36,111 bases of DNA, taken from the NCBI GenBank assembly GCA_048772705.1, contig JBLWGC010000129.1, positions 1 through 36,111 of the forward strand, read 5' to 3'. Shown here one piece after another: positions 1 through 9,169 of this stretch. Both the position numbers and the translations under genes were made by a program. Positions within the stretch are counted from its first letter, which is position 1. Each line of letters begins with the position of its first letter. The DNA comes from Leidyana gryllorum EB-2025a (taxonomy: Eukaryota > Protista > Apicomplexa). The notes beneath the pieces were generated by a model. That model searched no databases. It was not told the DNA's origin and saw only the letters and a list, made by a program, of their open reading frames with translations.

Positions 1-61
1 GGAATCGAACCCAGGACTTCTTCCACCCGAAGGAAGAATCATACCACTAGACCAAACAGCC
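1..61 (-). tRNA. trnP: tRNA-Pro(CGG), 3' end outside window
   Basis: rc GGCTGTTTGGTCTAGTGG...CTTCC-TT CGG GT-GGAAG...GGTTCGATTCC. Confidence 0.9.
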
Positions 62-149
62 GCCTGTCGGTCATGCAACCCGCTGAGGACAGTTTAGATA
101 GTGGTCATACTATGTTGAGAACCAACAAATGCGATGGGGTGTGCACAAG

Positions 150-222
150 GGGCGACTAGCTCAAATGGTAGAGCGCTCGCTTAGCATGCGAAGCGTACTG
201 GGATTGATGTCCAGGTCGTCTA
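150..222 (+). pseudogene. degenerate tRNA-Ala(AGC)
   Basis: Ala 5' half intact; T-loop GGATTGAT and 3' stem mutated. Confidence 0.8.
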
Positions 223-503
223 AACTCCGTAGTGCTGCAACTGCGGTATTTGACTACAGAGTTGAGAGCTTTCCAGGGTGCCCCGTATCCCTTCTATAGA
301 CGTTGGCACCGCCGTATGTGTGGAGGTTGCCTCAGAGCCCGGATCTCCGAATTTGTAGTTGACAACCACACGCTCTGCCAACTAAGATACAAAAGCCACT
401 GCCAATATTTCAGAGAGTGGTGGAGAGACTTGTGTTGCATGTGTCCAGTTGAGGGAGGGCTAGTCTGGATGGCTTTACCAACTCTTTTGGGAAGGACTGA
501 ATG

Positions 504-575
504 GGTTGCGTGGTGTAGTGGTTAGCACTGGAGACTCTGAATCTCCCGACCTGGGTTCGATTCCCGGCGCGACCT
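504..575 (+). tRNA. trnQ: tRNA-Gln(CTG)
   Basis: GGTTGCG...GGAGA-CT CTG AA-TCTCC...GGTTCGATTCC...CGCGACCT, intact. Confidence 0.95.
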
Positions 576-638
576 CGAAACTAGTGCTCACTATTTTGTG
601 AAACCTCGCCAATTCTCTTGGTCTGCGGGACCTTCCGT

Positions 639-1137
639 GCGGCCATCCTCTAGTGGTCACGACGTCTGCTTCACATGCAGCAGCTCCTGACTTCAATCCT
701 CGGTGGCTGGGGCTCGCAACTGGGCGAGAAGCAGGGGAGACAATCTTAAGCGGAACCATCTAAGTGTGCTCCGAGACCTGGAATCGAACCCGGGTCTTCC
801 GCCTGACAAGCGGAAATACTGACAACTATACTATCTCGAACGCTCTGGACATGCCGGCCTCCAACCCCAAAAGTCCTTCCATTTTGAGATTCCAAGGACA
901 GAAAACGCATGGAGCGGCGAGCCAACAATATCCCGGCAAGATGGCCGAGTGCTCGAAGGCCCTGTGTGCAGGGCACAGTCCGAAAGGCTGTGGGTTCGGA
1001 ACCCAGTCTTGTCAGCCATGGTATCGGCACTCGGTCAGCCACTGGGTGAAATAGGTCTTCCATGTTTTACGCATGGGCGGCTAGATCAGATGGTGGAGCG
1101 CTCGCTTTGCATGTGAGAGGTACTGGGATCGACAGCC
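639..1137. pseudogene. Decayed Val(CAC)+ 639-711, Asp(GTC)- 769-840, Leu+ 935-1014 and truncated Ala(TGC)+ 1075-1137
   Basis: Align to intact copies elsewhere in the window, with multiple stem and box mutations. Confidence 0.8.
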
Positions 1138-1220
1138 ATGCAACTTTGGCTGCAGTGAAACGACTGGCGCGTGGTCCAAAAATGTAAATGTTGATATTTC
1201 AATCTAGTCGAAAAGCCGCG

Positions 1221-1293
1221 GCCTACGTGGCGCAATGGATAGCGCGTTGGACTTCTAATCCAAAGGTTGCGAGTTCGAGTCTCGCCGTAGGTA
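1221..1293 (+). tRNA. trnR: tRNA-Arg(TCT)
   Basis: TTGGA-CT TCT AA-TCCAA; intact cloverleaf; only copy seen in the window. Confidence 0.95.
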
Positions 1294-1357
1294 GCCAAAT
1301 GCTCAACACTTTACTTCGATGATTTGGCTGACTAGCTGCCTTCGCTGAGGAATGTTG

Positions 1358-1587
1358 TCCACTGTAGTCTGAGTGGCTAGGATATGCGGCCTCACCCGCA
1401 AGCTCCGGGCTCAAGTCCGGCACTGGAAGTCAGTGGCTGAAGTCAGTGGAATACTTGGGCAAAGTGCCCAGCAATCTCCGGCAATAGTGTCTGATTCGTG
1501 ATCTTCGGCTTGCATTGCCTTCTTAGCTTGTGGCAGAGGATCCGCTTAGTAAGCGAAAGGTCGCCGGTTCGATTCCAGCAGAAGGCT
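1358..1587 (+). pseudogene. degenerate Glu (1358-1428) and Thr(AGT) (1517-1587)
   Basis: Anticodon-loop deletion in Glu; D-arm and anticodon-stem changes in Thr. Confidence 0.78.
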
Positions 1588-1786
1588 CGACTGCATCGAC
1601 TCGGCACCTGCAAAGCTTAAGTCTCTCAAGCTCCAATCATCGTAGGTGAGCCTCGTATCTCAGCCAGCAGAGGGTAAGTCTCTCAGCCACAAAGTCGCAG
1701 GACTGGCTGCTGCCAGTACCTGAGGCACCCACTAGCTCAACGCAGACTGCGGCCGAGTCTCATGGTGCTGAAGCTCTTTCCCAAGT

Positions 1787-1857
1787 GAATTTGTGGTCCA
1801 AGGGTAGGATGCGAGCTTCCCATGCTCGCAGCCCGGGTTCGAGTCCCGGCAGGTGCA
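1787..1857 (+). pseudogene. tRNA-Gly(CCC) with damaged acceptor stem
   Basis: CGAGC-TT CCC AT-GCTCG; 5' GAATTTG against 3' CAGGTGC. Confidence 0.8.
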
Positions 1858-1936
1858 GCCGATCGTACAGACTTGACCATGGCTGCAACGATATTTTCAA
1901 CATTTCAGGGCGAAGAGCAATGCACTTTGGACTGCT

Positions 1937-2008
1937 TGTCCGAGCCAGGAATCGAGCCTGGGTTTGCACGGCCACAACGTGCTGTCCTAACCACTAGACG
2001 ACTCGGAC
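1937..2008 (-). tRNA. trnH: tRNA-His(GTG)
   Basis: GCACG-TT GTG GC-CGTGC; A73, no encoded G-1; T-loop has C54. Confidence 0.88.
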
Positions 2009-2306
2009 AATCTTTGAGCGAGGCTTTAGAGGTAGCGAAGCATCGATCAGGATGGAATGGAACAGGAGCCTCAGACGAATTACGTTGTAAGAAGTCCACT
2101 CCTCAACTCCCGGTGGGACGGCATTTACCCGTCGAATATCTGATGCCACCACTACATTCAGATGGGTTGTAATGTAAGCACCCCAGGCCGTGAGAGTACT
2201 TCGGGGCGGTACACCGCACCCAGAACGACATCTTCAACCCCAAAAGCCTCCCTTCTCGAGACTTCACGAACAGAAAACGTGTAAAGTGGCGAGCCAAGAA
2301 CACTCC

Positions 2307-2386
2307 GGCAAGATGGCCGAGTGGTCCAAGGCGCTGTGTTAAGGCCGCAGTCCGAAAGGTCGTGGGTTCGAATCCCACTCTTGTCA
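2307..2386 (+). tRNA. trnL: tRNA-Leu(AAG)
   Basis: CTGTG-TT AAG GC-CGCAG, long variable arm, A73. Confidence 0.9.
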
Positions 2387-2454
2387 GCCGTTGTATCGGC
2401 CCTCGGTCAGCCACTGGATGCAATAGGTCTTCCATTCAGAGCGGACGAGCGGAT

Positions 2455-2527
2455 GGGCGGCTAGCTCAGATGGTAGAGCGCTCGCTTCGCATGCGAGAGG
2501 TATTGGGATCGATACCCAGGTCGTCCA
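2455..2527 (+). tRNA. trnA: tRNA-Ala(CGC)
   Basis: CTCGC-TT CGC AT-GCGAG; G3.U70; Ala-type GGATCGAT T-loop. Confidence 0.92.
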
Positions 2528-2642
2528 AAGTACGTACGTCTGCACGTGGCGGGATCCAAACAAATTTACATCTTTGAAGGGTCGCGGGCCACAAGTGCCA
2601 TTCGGAGAGCAGCGCAGTCAGTGTTTAGTGTGCCTCTGAAAC

Positions 2643-2715
2643 CGGTCCTGGCAGGTTTCGAACCTGCGACTTTGTGGTTAACAGCCACACGCTCTGCCGA
2701 CTGAGCTACAAGACC
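2643..2715 (-). tRNA. trnN: tRNA-Asn(GTT)
   Basis: TGTGG-CT GTT AA-CCACA; intact. Confidence 0.95.
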
Positions 2716-2829
2716 CAGCTACAATGGTTCAGAGGTTAGTATAGAGATCCTCCTTTTCCTACCACAGGATTCTGCAATCACGTCTTGTCAAGACGGTGCT
2801 CTCGGCCGAAGCCCCAACTCAACCACTCG

Positions 2830-2902
2830 TCCACTGTAGTCTGAGTGGCTAGGATATGCGGCTTCTGCCCGCACGATCCGGGTACAAGTCCCGGGAGTGG
2901 AA
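2830..2902 (+). pseudogene. Glu-derived pseudogene (loop CTTCTGC)
   Basis: Glu body; T-loop GGTACAAG broken. Confidence 0.8.
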
Positions 2903-2951
2903 ATCCAGCAGAGTGTGGTTGTAGGTAACGGCTTCCAGAGACATTAATTTG

Positions 2952-3024
2952 CACCGCCCGCGGGGCTCGAACCTGCGACTGCAAGATTGAAAGTCTTGCG
3001 CTCTACGGACTGAGCTAGGGCGGC
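2952..3024 (-). pseudogene. tRNA-Lys(TTT)-type body carrying a TTC anticodon
   Basis: rc GCCGCCCTAGCTCAGTCCGTAGAGCG CAAGA-CT TTC AA-TCTTG; G18 changed to C. Confidence 0.75.
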
Positions 3025-3125
3025 AACGAAGCTCTGAAGTGAGTTACACCCTATTTGCCGTTGGGTGGAGCCCTGGATCCGTTCGACCGGTGGAACAATG
3101 AGCTTCAGTAACTTCCGTTAACATT

Positions 3126-3196
3126 GCCTTCTTAGCTGGTGGCAGAGCATTCGCTTTGTAAGCGAAAGGTCGCCGGTTCGATTCCGGCAGAAGGCT
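3126..3196 (+). tRNA. trnT: tRNA-Thr(TGT), D-loop 1 nt short
   Basis: TTCGC-TT TGT AA-GCGAA. Confidence 0.75.
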
Positions 3197-3290
3197 TTGC
3201 TGACGCACTTAGGCTTTTCTGACTGGTCTCTCAGTCTCGATAAGGATCTGGAGAGGTTTGGAGGGGAGTTGCAATGCACTTTGGATTGGT

Positions 3291-3362
3291 TGTCCAAGTC
3301 AGGAATCGAGCCTGGGTTTGCACGGCCACAACGTGCTGTCCTAACCACTAGACGACTCGGAC
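3291..3362 (-). tRNA. trnH: tRNA-His(GTG) variant
   Basis: As 1937-2008 with two 3'-side changes. Confidence 0.78.
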
Positions 3363-3578
3363 AAATCTTTGAGCGAGGCTGTAGAGGTAGCGAAGCATCG
3401 ATCAGGATGGGATGGAACAGGAGCGTCAGACGAACTGCGTTGCAAGAAGTCCACTCCTCAACTCCGGGTGGGACGGAATTTACTCGTGGAATATCTGATG
3501 CCACCACTACAGTCAGATACGTTACCATCTAAGCACCCCGGGCCGTGATAGTACTTCGGGGCGGCACACCGCAGTTAG

Positions 3579-4196
3579 TGTTGTAACCCCAAGTCGCTAC
3601 TCAAGGGGAACGAGGCCCAGTTCTCATCTCTGCATACTTTCGACCACAAGTCAGACTTAGAACCAAGTTAGTATTTTTGCCGACAAGTCTACCACGAATA
3701 TGTCGCACACGACGGCGCAAAACAAGAACTACGGCTTGTTCTACCAAGTGCAAAAGTTATCTTAGGCCGCCTCTTGCCTAGGCCGCCTCTTGCCTAGTCC
3801 AACTCTGACTTAGCCAACTTTGCTTGCGTGTGTCTCTCACTCTGGTGTCTCTCTCACTCCACCCATGTGCCAGTCGCTCGCACTCTTGCGGAGCCTCGCG
3901 CTGGACACACACGGTAGTTCTCCCCGACACCACACTCTGATCATTCATGCGAGTGTCTGCACAGTTACACTGTCGCAGAGAGTTCAGACCACTAGGGTGC
4001 ATTAGCCTTTACGCTTTAGTAGTAGTTGCTTTACGTTCGTTAATAATGCCTTTTCACCATCTTATACATGCCCCTATATAAGTGCCAAATATGTAGGGAA
4101 GTACCCAGATGGATGTTAATTCGATTGGAAATTTCATCAAGTCGAATTTGGCCACCCGATAGGAAGTTGACCATCAGGCAAACACGAACTACAACA
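3579..4196. mobile_element. Putative solo LTR (Ty1/copia-like termini)
   Basis: Longest tRNA-free island; begins TGTTGTA and ends TACAACA (7-bp inverted termini); TATA-like CTATATAA at ~4074; no matching TSD. Confidence 0.55.
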
Positions 4197-4197
4197 C

Positions 4198-4269
4198 AGG
4201 GCACGCGCGGAGTTGGACCACGGACTTGCTGATCTGCAGTCAGCTGCTCTACCACTGAGCTACGTACCC
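4198..4269 (-). tRNA. trnC: tRNA-Cys(GCA), B-box mutated (possible pseudogene)
   Basis: GCTGA-CT GCA GA-TCAGC, U73; T-loop GGTCCAACTCC. Confidence 0.78.
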
Positions 4270-4535
4270 ACAAAATACCTGTCATACTCGCTCAACTCGA
4301 TTCTGTCTTCTTATTTGAAGCAAAACGGCCGTTATTGTGCACGTGCTTGAACAATAACGTGTCACGCATCTGTGGCCTAGACCAGCCCGTCTGATGTTGT
4401 TGACTATGCCACGTCTCTCCAAGGTCGGCTAAGATACGCGGCTCCCACCCGTACAATCCCGGATGAGGTCCAGACCAGCTGAGACAAAATCTGAGCTGCA
4501 GCAGTTGTGAGGGGCTGGAACCCGACCCCTCGCCC

Positions 4536-4608
4536 AGACGCCACTGGGACTCGAACCCAGAATCCCCGGTTCCGTAGACCGATGCCATATCCATTAGGCC
4601 GTAGCGCC
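4536..4608 (-). tRNA. trnR: tRNA-Arg(ACG)
   Basis: TCGGT-CT ACG GA-ACCGG; U8 changed to C. Confidence 0.82.
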
Positions 4609-4697
4609 GATTAACGCGGGCATCAAATGGATGTGTGTGGTGATCAAGCGTTGTTGATCGAGGCAAGAGGTTTCCATCCAAGACACCGGAGACATAC

Positions 4698-4768
4698 TGT
4701 CCGGGCAGGAATCGAGCCTGGGTTTGCACGGCCACAACTTGCTGTCCTAACCACCAGACGACTCGGAC
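4698..4768 (-). pseudogene. degenerate tRNA-His(GTG)
   Basis: 1-nt deletion and anticodon-stem mismatch. Confidence 0.78.
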
Positions 4769-4917
4769 AATATTCGGAGTGAAACTATAAAGGTAGCGGA
4801 CCATCACTTAGGATGGGATGCAACAGGGAGCTACTTCAGGCGGTCCAATTTCTTGAGGCTCATCAGGATATGTGTTTCCAGAGATACACGCCCCTTTTCC
4901 CAGTCCGGAAGCTCCGT

Positions 4918-4990
4918 GCAGCCATGGTCTAGTGGTCACGACGTCTGCTTCACACGCAGAAGGTCCCGAGTTCGATCCTCGGTGGCTGTA
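4918..4990 (+). tRNA. trnV: tRNA-Val(CAC)
   Basis: TCTGC-TT CAC AC-GCAGA; intact. Confidence 0.93.
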
Positions 4991-5045
4991 GCTCGCAACT
5001 TCCAGCGAGAACCAAAGGAGAGAATCTCAAGCGAAACCAACTGCG

Positions 5046-5550
5046 TTTCGAGACCGGGAATCGAACCCGGGTCTTCCGCGTGTCAGGCGGAAATACTAAC
5101 CACTATACTATCGCAAACACGCCGGCCTCCAACCCCAAACGTCCTTCCAATTTTGAGATTCCAACGATAGAAAACGCGTGGAGCGGCGAGCCAACAACAT
5201 CCCGGCAAGATGGCCGAGTTGTCTGAGGCGCTGTGCTCAGACCGCAGTCCGAAAGGGCGAGGATCTGGGATTGAGCCTTCCGAACCCCGGCGCAGTTGGA
5301 CGGCCGGAGTAGCTCAGTTGGTCGAGCATCCCACTGTAGTGCTGGCACCAGATAGTCGGCGGTTCGATTCCGTCCCACCGGAAGTAGAGGGGTGATCGGC
5401 AAACTACTACTCAACCTGATGGACAGCGTTGATAGGCCAACTAGACTACTCCGGCGAGGGTTCCATCTATGTAGCTTGGATGGGCTGGGAATCGATCCCA
5501 GAACCTTTCGTATACTAAGCCACTGTCTCATCATCTGGGCTAGCCTCCCT
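5046..5550. pseudogene. Decayed Asp-, truncated Leu+, Tyr+ (5304-5382) and Ala-derived relic-
   Basis: Same gene order as 30118-30560 and, inverted, 27938-28455. Confidence 0.75.
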
Positions 5551-5638
5551 TTGTGCCCACCTCATGGGATTGAGTAAGACTTCACATAGTGAGACGAGTC
5601 TCTCGACTGTACCCAGCGGGTTGAACCCCCGGGTAGGC

Positions 5639-5710
5639 GGCTGTTTGGTCTAGTGGTATAATCCTTCCTTAGGGTGGAGAGAGTCCTGAGTTCGATTCCC
5701 AGAACAGCCC
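5639..5710 (+). tRNA. trnP: tRNA-Pro(AGG), partly degenerate
   Basis: Loop TT AGG GT; anticodon-stem and T-stem mismatches. Confidence 0.7.
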
Positions 5711-5851
5711 TCTTGGTCGTCGGTTGACCCGACGGGACGAGTTGCCCTCTGAATCAACACAGCCACCTCGTTAGCCCACTTCGGTAGGGCAGTCAGCGCA
5801 ACTAACCTCTCAAAAATTGCATTTCGGCTCCCTCTTCCACGTTGCAGACTA

Positions 5852-5923
5852 AGCAGTGTAGCTCAGTGGAAGAGTGTTGGGCTCATAACCCAAAGGTCCG
5901 TCGATCGAAACGACGCACTGCTA
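5852..5923 (+). tRNA. trnM: initiator tRNA-Met(CAT)
   Basis: A1-U72, three G-C pairs in the anticodon stem, T-loop ATCGAAA (A54/A60). Confidence 0.96.
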
Positions 5924-6246
5924 AGCGTCAGCAGGAGGACACACTTACAGAAATGATACAGGCGTCTTTTTGCTTCAAGAGCTGCCCGATCTGGCTATCG
6001 ACCCCTACACGTTTGGCGTGCAAAGTCACCTCTCTACCACTTGAAATAGCCGCCGACCGGCCAAACCCAAGTGAACTTTCCCCGCCTCGGTTCCTCAACA
6101 GTGGCACTTCGAGCTCTCAAGCTCAACGCTGCGGGACAGATCGTGGGGTGGTCCGAGGTGCCAAACTCGAATTTGGATACCGCACCCCTGCATGGCTCCG
6201 AATGGCAGCCACTCTTCTCGATTCCACGGTTGAGCGGGACCACGAG

Positions 6247-6319
6247 AACGGTGGGCGGGACTCGAACCCACAACCTTTGCCTCCGGAGGGCAACACGCTA
6301 TCCATTGCGCCATCACCGC
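6247..6319 (-). tRNA. trnR: tRNA-Arg(CCG)
   Basis: TTGCC-CT CCG GA-GGCAA. Confidence 0.87.
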
Positions 6320-6779
6320 ACAACCCACAGCCTCACTGTCTTAAACACCTGAGTCGTCAGTATCGCCTGGCCCCACTGGTTCGAATCTAGCAGCTGTCGA
6401 GTGACGTGGTAGGCGGAGTTCGAAAGACTCGTCATCGTATTTGAGACAGGGGATGCGTGTATCAACTCTCTTAGACCCTCGTCAGTGGCTAGCAAAAAGG
6501 CTGTTTTAGGAATCGAACCCAGGACTCCTTCCACCCCCTAAGGAAGGATCATACCACTAGACCGAACAGCCGAATGTTAGGGGGATCCACGATGTAATGG
6601 CCAATTCCGCCCTGGAATGAGTACCGTTGCACAGAATGGGATTCGCACCCATGCAGACTTGCGCCTACCAGAATGTGGCAAGATGCCCTAGTGGGCAAGG
6701 CGCTGTGTTCAGACCCCACTCACATGGTCGGCACTGGCTACCCGCAGGAACCCCAGACTACTTATTTCGATGCTGCATT

Positions 6780-6859
6780 GCGAGAATGCCCGAGAGGTTA
6801 AGGGGTGGCCTTAAGATCCACTGGTTAATTCCGCGTGGGTTCGAACCCCACTTCTCGCA
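6780..6859 (+). tRNA. trnL: tRNA-Leu(TAA), slightly degenerate
   Basis: Loop CT TAA GA, long variable arm, GGTTCGAACCC, GCGAGAA/TTCTCGC acceptor stem. Confidence 0.78.
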
Positions 6860-6905
6860 TAAGGAGGCAAGTGTCGGAGGGGGAATCGGATGACAATGCA
6901 ACGGT

Positions 6906-6985
6906 TGACAAGAGCGGGATTCGAACCCACGCCCTTCCGAACTGCGGCCTTAACACAGCGCCTTGGTCCACTCGGCTATCATGCC
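6906..6985 (-). pseudogene. degenerate tRNA-Leu(AAG)
   Basis: Several stem mismatches relative to the 2307 copy. Confidence 0.78.
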
Positions 6986-7125
6986 GGAGTGTTCTTGGCT
7001 CGCCACTTGACAGGTTTTCTTTTCGTGAAGTGTCGAGAAGGGAGCACCCGGGTACGATTCCCGGTCTTGGAGACACTTAGTTTTTCCGCTTTAGATTTCG
7101 TGGTGCTCACCTGAAAAATGCGACT

Positions 7126-7198
7126 TACAGCCACCGAGGATCGAACTTGGGACCTTCTGCGTGTTAAGCAGACGTCGTGACCACTAGACCATGGCTGC
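7126..7198 (-). tRNA. trnV: tRNA-Val(AAC)
   Basis: TCTGC-TT AAC AC-GCAGA; one T-stem change. Confidence 0.85.
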
Positions 7199-7261
7199 AG
7201 CGAAGGTCCCGCAGACCACGAGAAGTGGCGAGGCTTCACGGAAAAGTGAAGACCAGTTTCG

Positions 7262-7333
7262 AGGTCGCGCCGGGAATCGAAGCTAGGTCGGGAGATTTAG
7301 AGTCTCCAATGCTAACCACTACACCACGTAACC
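7262..7333 (-). pseudogene. Gln body with CTA (amber) anticodon, T-arm damaged
   Basis: rc GGAGA-CT CTA AA-TCTCC; T-stem CTAGC/CCCGG. Confidence 0.75.
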
Positions 7334-7611
7334 GATTCAGTCCTTCCCGAAAAAGAGTTGGTAGAGCCATCCGGACTAGCGCTCCTCAACTGGACACATG
7401 CAGCACGCGTCTCTCTACTGACCTTTGAAATATTGTAATCGGCTCTTGTGTCTTAGTCGGCAGAGTGTGTGTTTGTAAAATACAAACTCGGAAATCCGGG
7501 CTCAGAGGCAACCTTCACACATACTGCGATGCCCAGGTCTGTCCAAGGGCTACAAGGCACAATTATCCCAGCTCGGGAAATAAATAGCGGCAGGTGAAGC
7601 CGTACGAAGTT

Positions 7612-7684
7612 TGGACGACCTGGGCGTCGATCCCAGTACCTCTCGCATGCTAAGCGAGCGCTCTACCATTTGAGCTAGTCGCCC
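7612..7684 (-). tRNA. trnA: tRNA-Ala(AGC)
   Basis: CTCGC-TT AGC AT-GCGAG; G3.U70. Confidence 0.92.
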
Positions 7685-7771
7685 GTTGTGCAGATTCCGT
7701 CGATTTTTTTGTTCTCAACATCGTATGACCACTCTCTCGACTGTACTCAGCGGGTTGCTCGACCGACAGCC

Positions 7772-7843
7772 GGCTGTTTGGTCTAGTGGTATGATTCTTC
7801 CTTCGGGTGGAAGAAGTCCTGGGTTCGATTCCCAGAACAGCCC
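7772..7843 (+). tRNA. trnP: tRNA-Pro(CGG)
   Basis: Intact cloverleaf, C73. Confidence 0.94.
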
Positions 7844-7924
7844 CGTTGGTTGTCGGTTGACCCGACGCTCTATCTCATCTCAAGATGGTACGGCTCTCGT
7901 CCAAAGCTGCAGCTGAGGAAGTTG

Positions 7925-7996
7925 TCCACTGTAGTCTAAGTGGCTAGGTTATGCGGCTCTCACCCGTACATCCGGGTTCAAGACCCGGCAGTGGAA
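7925..7996 (+). tRNA. trnE: tRNA-Glu(CTC) variant
   Basis: TGCGG-CT CTC AC-CCGTA; D-stem change and 1-nt variable-loop deletion. Confidence 0.72.
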
Positions 7997-8064
7997 GCTA
8001 CTCGAGCAAAGTGCCTCAGTAATCCCCGTCAATAGTGACTGATTCTTGATCTTCGGCCTGGATT

Positions 8065-8136
8065 GCCTTCTTAGCTTAGGGGCAGAGCATTCGCTTAGTA
8101 AGCGAAAGGTCGCCGGTTCGATTCCGGCAGAAGGCT
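8065..8136 (+). tRNA. trnT: tRNA-Thr(AGT)
   Basis: TTCGC-TT AGT AA-GCGAA; intact. Confidence 0.94.
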
Positions 8137-8228
8137 CGACTGCATCGACTAGGCACCTGCAAGCGGTAAGTCTCTTAGCCACGAAGCCGCAGGTTTGGAA
8201 CCTGCCGGTACCTGAGGCACCCACAGGG

Positions 8229-8300
8229 GGCTGTTTGGTCTAGTGGTATGATTCTTCCTTCGGGTGGAAGAAGTCCTGGGTTCGATTCCCAGAACAGCCC
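8229..8300 (+). tRNA. trnP: tRNA-Pro(CGG)
   Basis: Identical to the 7772 copy. Confidence 0.94.
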
Positions 8301-8381
8301 CGTTGGTTGTCGGTTGACCCGACGCTCTATCTCATCTCAAGATGGTACGGCTCTCGTCCAAAGCTGCAGCTGAGGAAGTTG

Positions 8382-8453
8382 TCCACTGTAGTCTAAGTGG
8401 CTAGGTTATGCGGCTCTCACCCGTACATCCGGGTTCAAGACCCGGCAGTGGAA
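8382..8453 (+). tRNA. trnE: tRNA-Glu(CTC) variant
   Basis: Identical to the 7925 copy. Confidence 0.72.
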
Positions 8454-8521
8454 GCTACTCGAGCAAAGTGCCTCAGTAATCCCCGTCAATAGTGACTGAT
8501 TCTTGATCTTCGGCCTGGATT

Positions 8522-8593
8522 GCCTTCTTAGCTTAGGGGCAGAGCATTCGCTTAGTAAGCGAAAGGTCGCCGGTTCGATTCCGGCAGAAGGCT
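8522..8593 (+). tRNA. trnT: tRNA-Thr(AGT)
   Basis: Identical to the 8065 copy. Confidence 0.94.
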
Positions 8594-8685
8594 CGACTGC
8601 ATCGACTAGGCACCTGCAAGCGGTAAGTCTCTTAGCCACGAAGCCGCAGGTTTGGAACCTGCCGGTACCTGAGGCACCCACAGGG

Positions 8686-8757
8686 GGCTGTTTGGTCTAG
8701 TGGTATGATTCTTCCTTCGGGTGGAAGAAGTCCTGGGTTCGATTCCCAGAACAGCCC
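8686..8757 (+). tRNA. trnP: tRNA-Pro(CGG)
   Basis: Identical to the 7772 copy. Confidence 0.94.
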
Positions 8758-8838
8758 CGTTGGTTGTCGGTTGACCCGACGCTCTATCTCATCTCAAGAT
8801 GGTACGGCTCTCGTCCAAAGCTGCAGCTGAGGAAGTTG

Positions 8839-8910
8839 TCCACTGTAGTCTAAGTGGCTAGGTTATGCGGCTCTCACCCGTACATCCGGGTTCAAGACCC
8901 GGCAGTGGAA
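8839..8910 (+). tRNA. trnE: tRNA-Glu(CTC) variant
   Basis: Identical to the 7925 copy. Confidence 0.72.
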
Positions 8911-8978
8911 GCTACTCGAGCAAAGTGCCTCAGTAATCCCCGTCAATAGTGACTGATGCGTGATTCGCGGCTTGCATT

Positions 8979-9050
8979 GCCTTCTTAGCTTAGGGGCAGA
9001 GCATTCGCTTAGTAAGCGAAAGGTCGCCGGTTCGATTCCGGCAGAAGGCT
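8979..9050 (+). tRNA. trnT: tRNA-Thr(AGT)
   Basis: Intact. Confidence 0.94.
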
Positions 9051-9097
9051 TGCTCACGAGCCAATCTATCCTACAACTGTTCCCTTGTGCGCACACT

Positions 9098-9169
9098 TAG
9101 CAGTGCGTCGTTTCGATCGACGGACCTTTGGGTTATGAGCCCAACACTCTTCCACCGAGCTACACTGCT
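9098..9169 (-). tRNA. trnM: initiator tRNA-Met(CAT), A14G variant
   Basis: As the 5852 copy with one D-loop change. Confidence 0.85.

Larger units (their letters stand above)
1..657. repeat. Segment with a near-identical inverted copy at 34711-35367
   Basis: Identical shadow ORFs 232..525(+) and 34843..35136(-); direct comparison shows about one SNP. Confidence 0.93.
7772..8956 (+). repeat. 457-bp tandem repeat, ~2.6 units (Pro-Glu-Thr-Asn relic)
   Basis: Units start at 7772, 8229 and 8686; shadow ORFs repeat at 7949/8406/8863. Confidence 0.95.

Noticed and set aside
4000-4015. U5 snRNA loop-like GCCTTTAC; also looked for U1, U2, U6 and 5S rRNA motifs
   Set aside because: It differs from the invariant GCCTTTTAC and has no closing stem; no diagnostic motifs of the other RNAs were seen by eye, and an Rfam scan would be decisive
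4197-4215. Primer-binding site after the LTR-like element
   Set aside because: It lacks the TGG complementary to CCA and continues as a complete genomic Cys gene
5477-5549. Ala relic with an AGT loop and retained G3.U70 as a Thr-to-Ala miscoder
   Set aside because: The anticodon stem and D-loop GG are destroyed, so it cannot fold as a tRNA
8076-8081. TTAGGG telomere-like hexamers
   Set aside because: Single occurrences that are part of the Thr D-arm or the Pro anticodon loop, not tandem repeats
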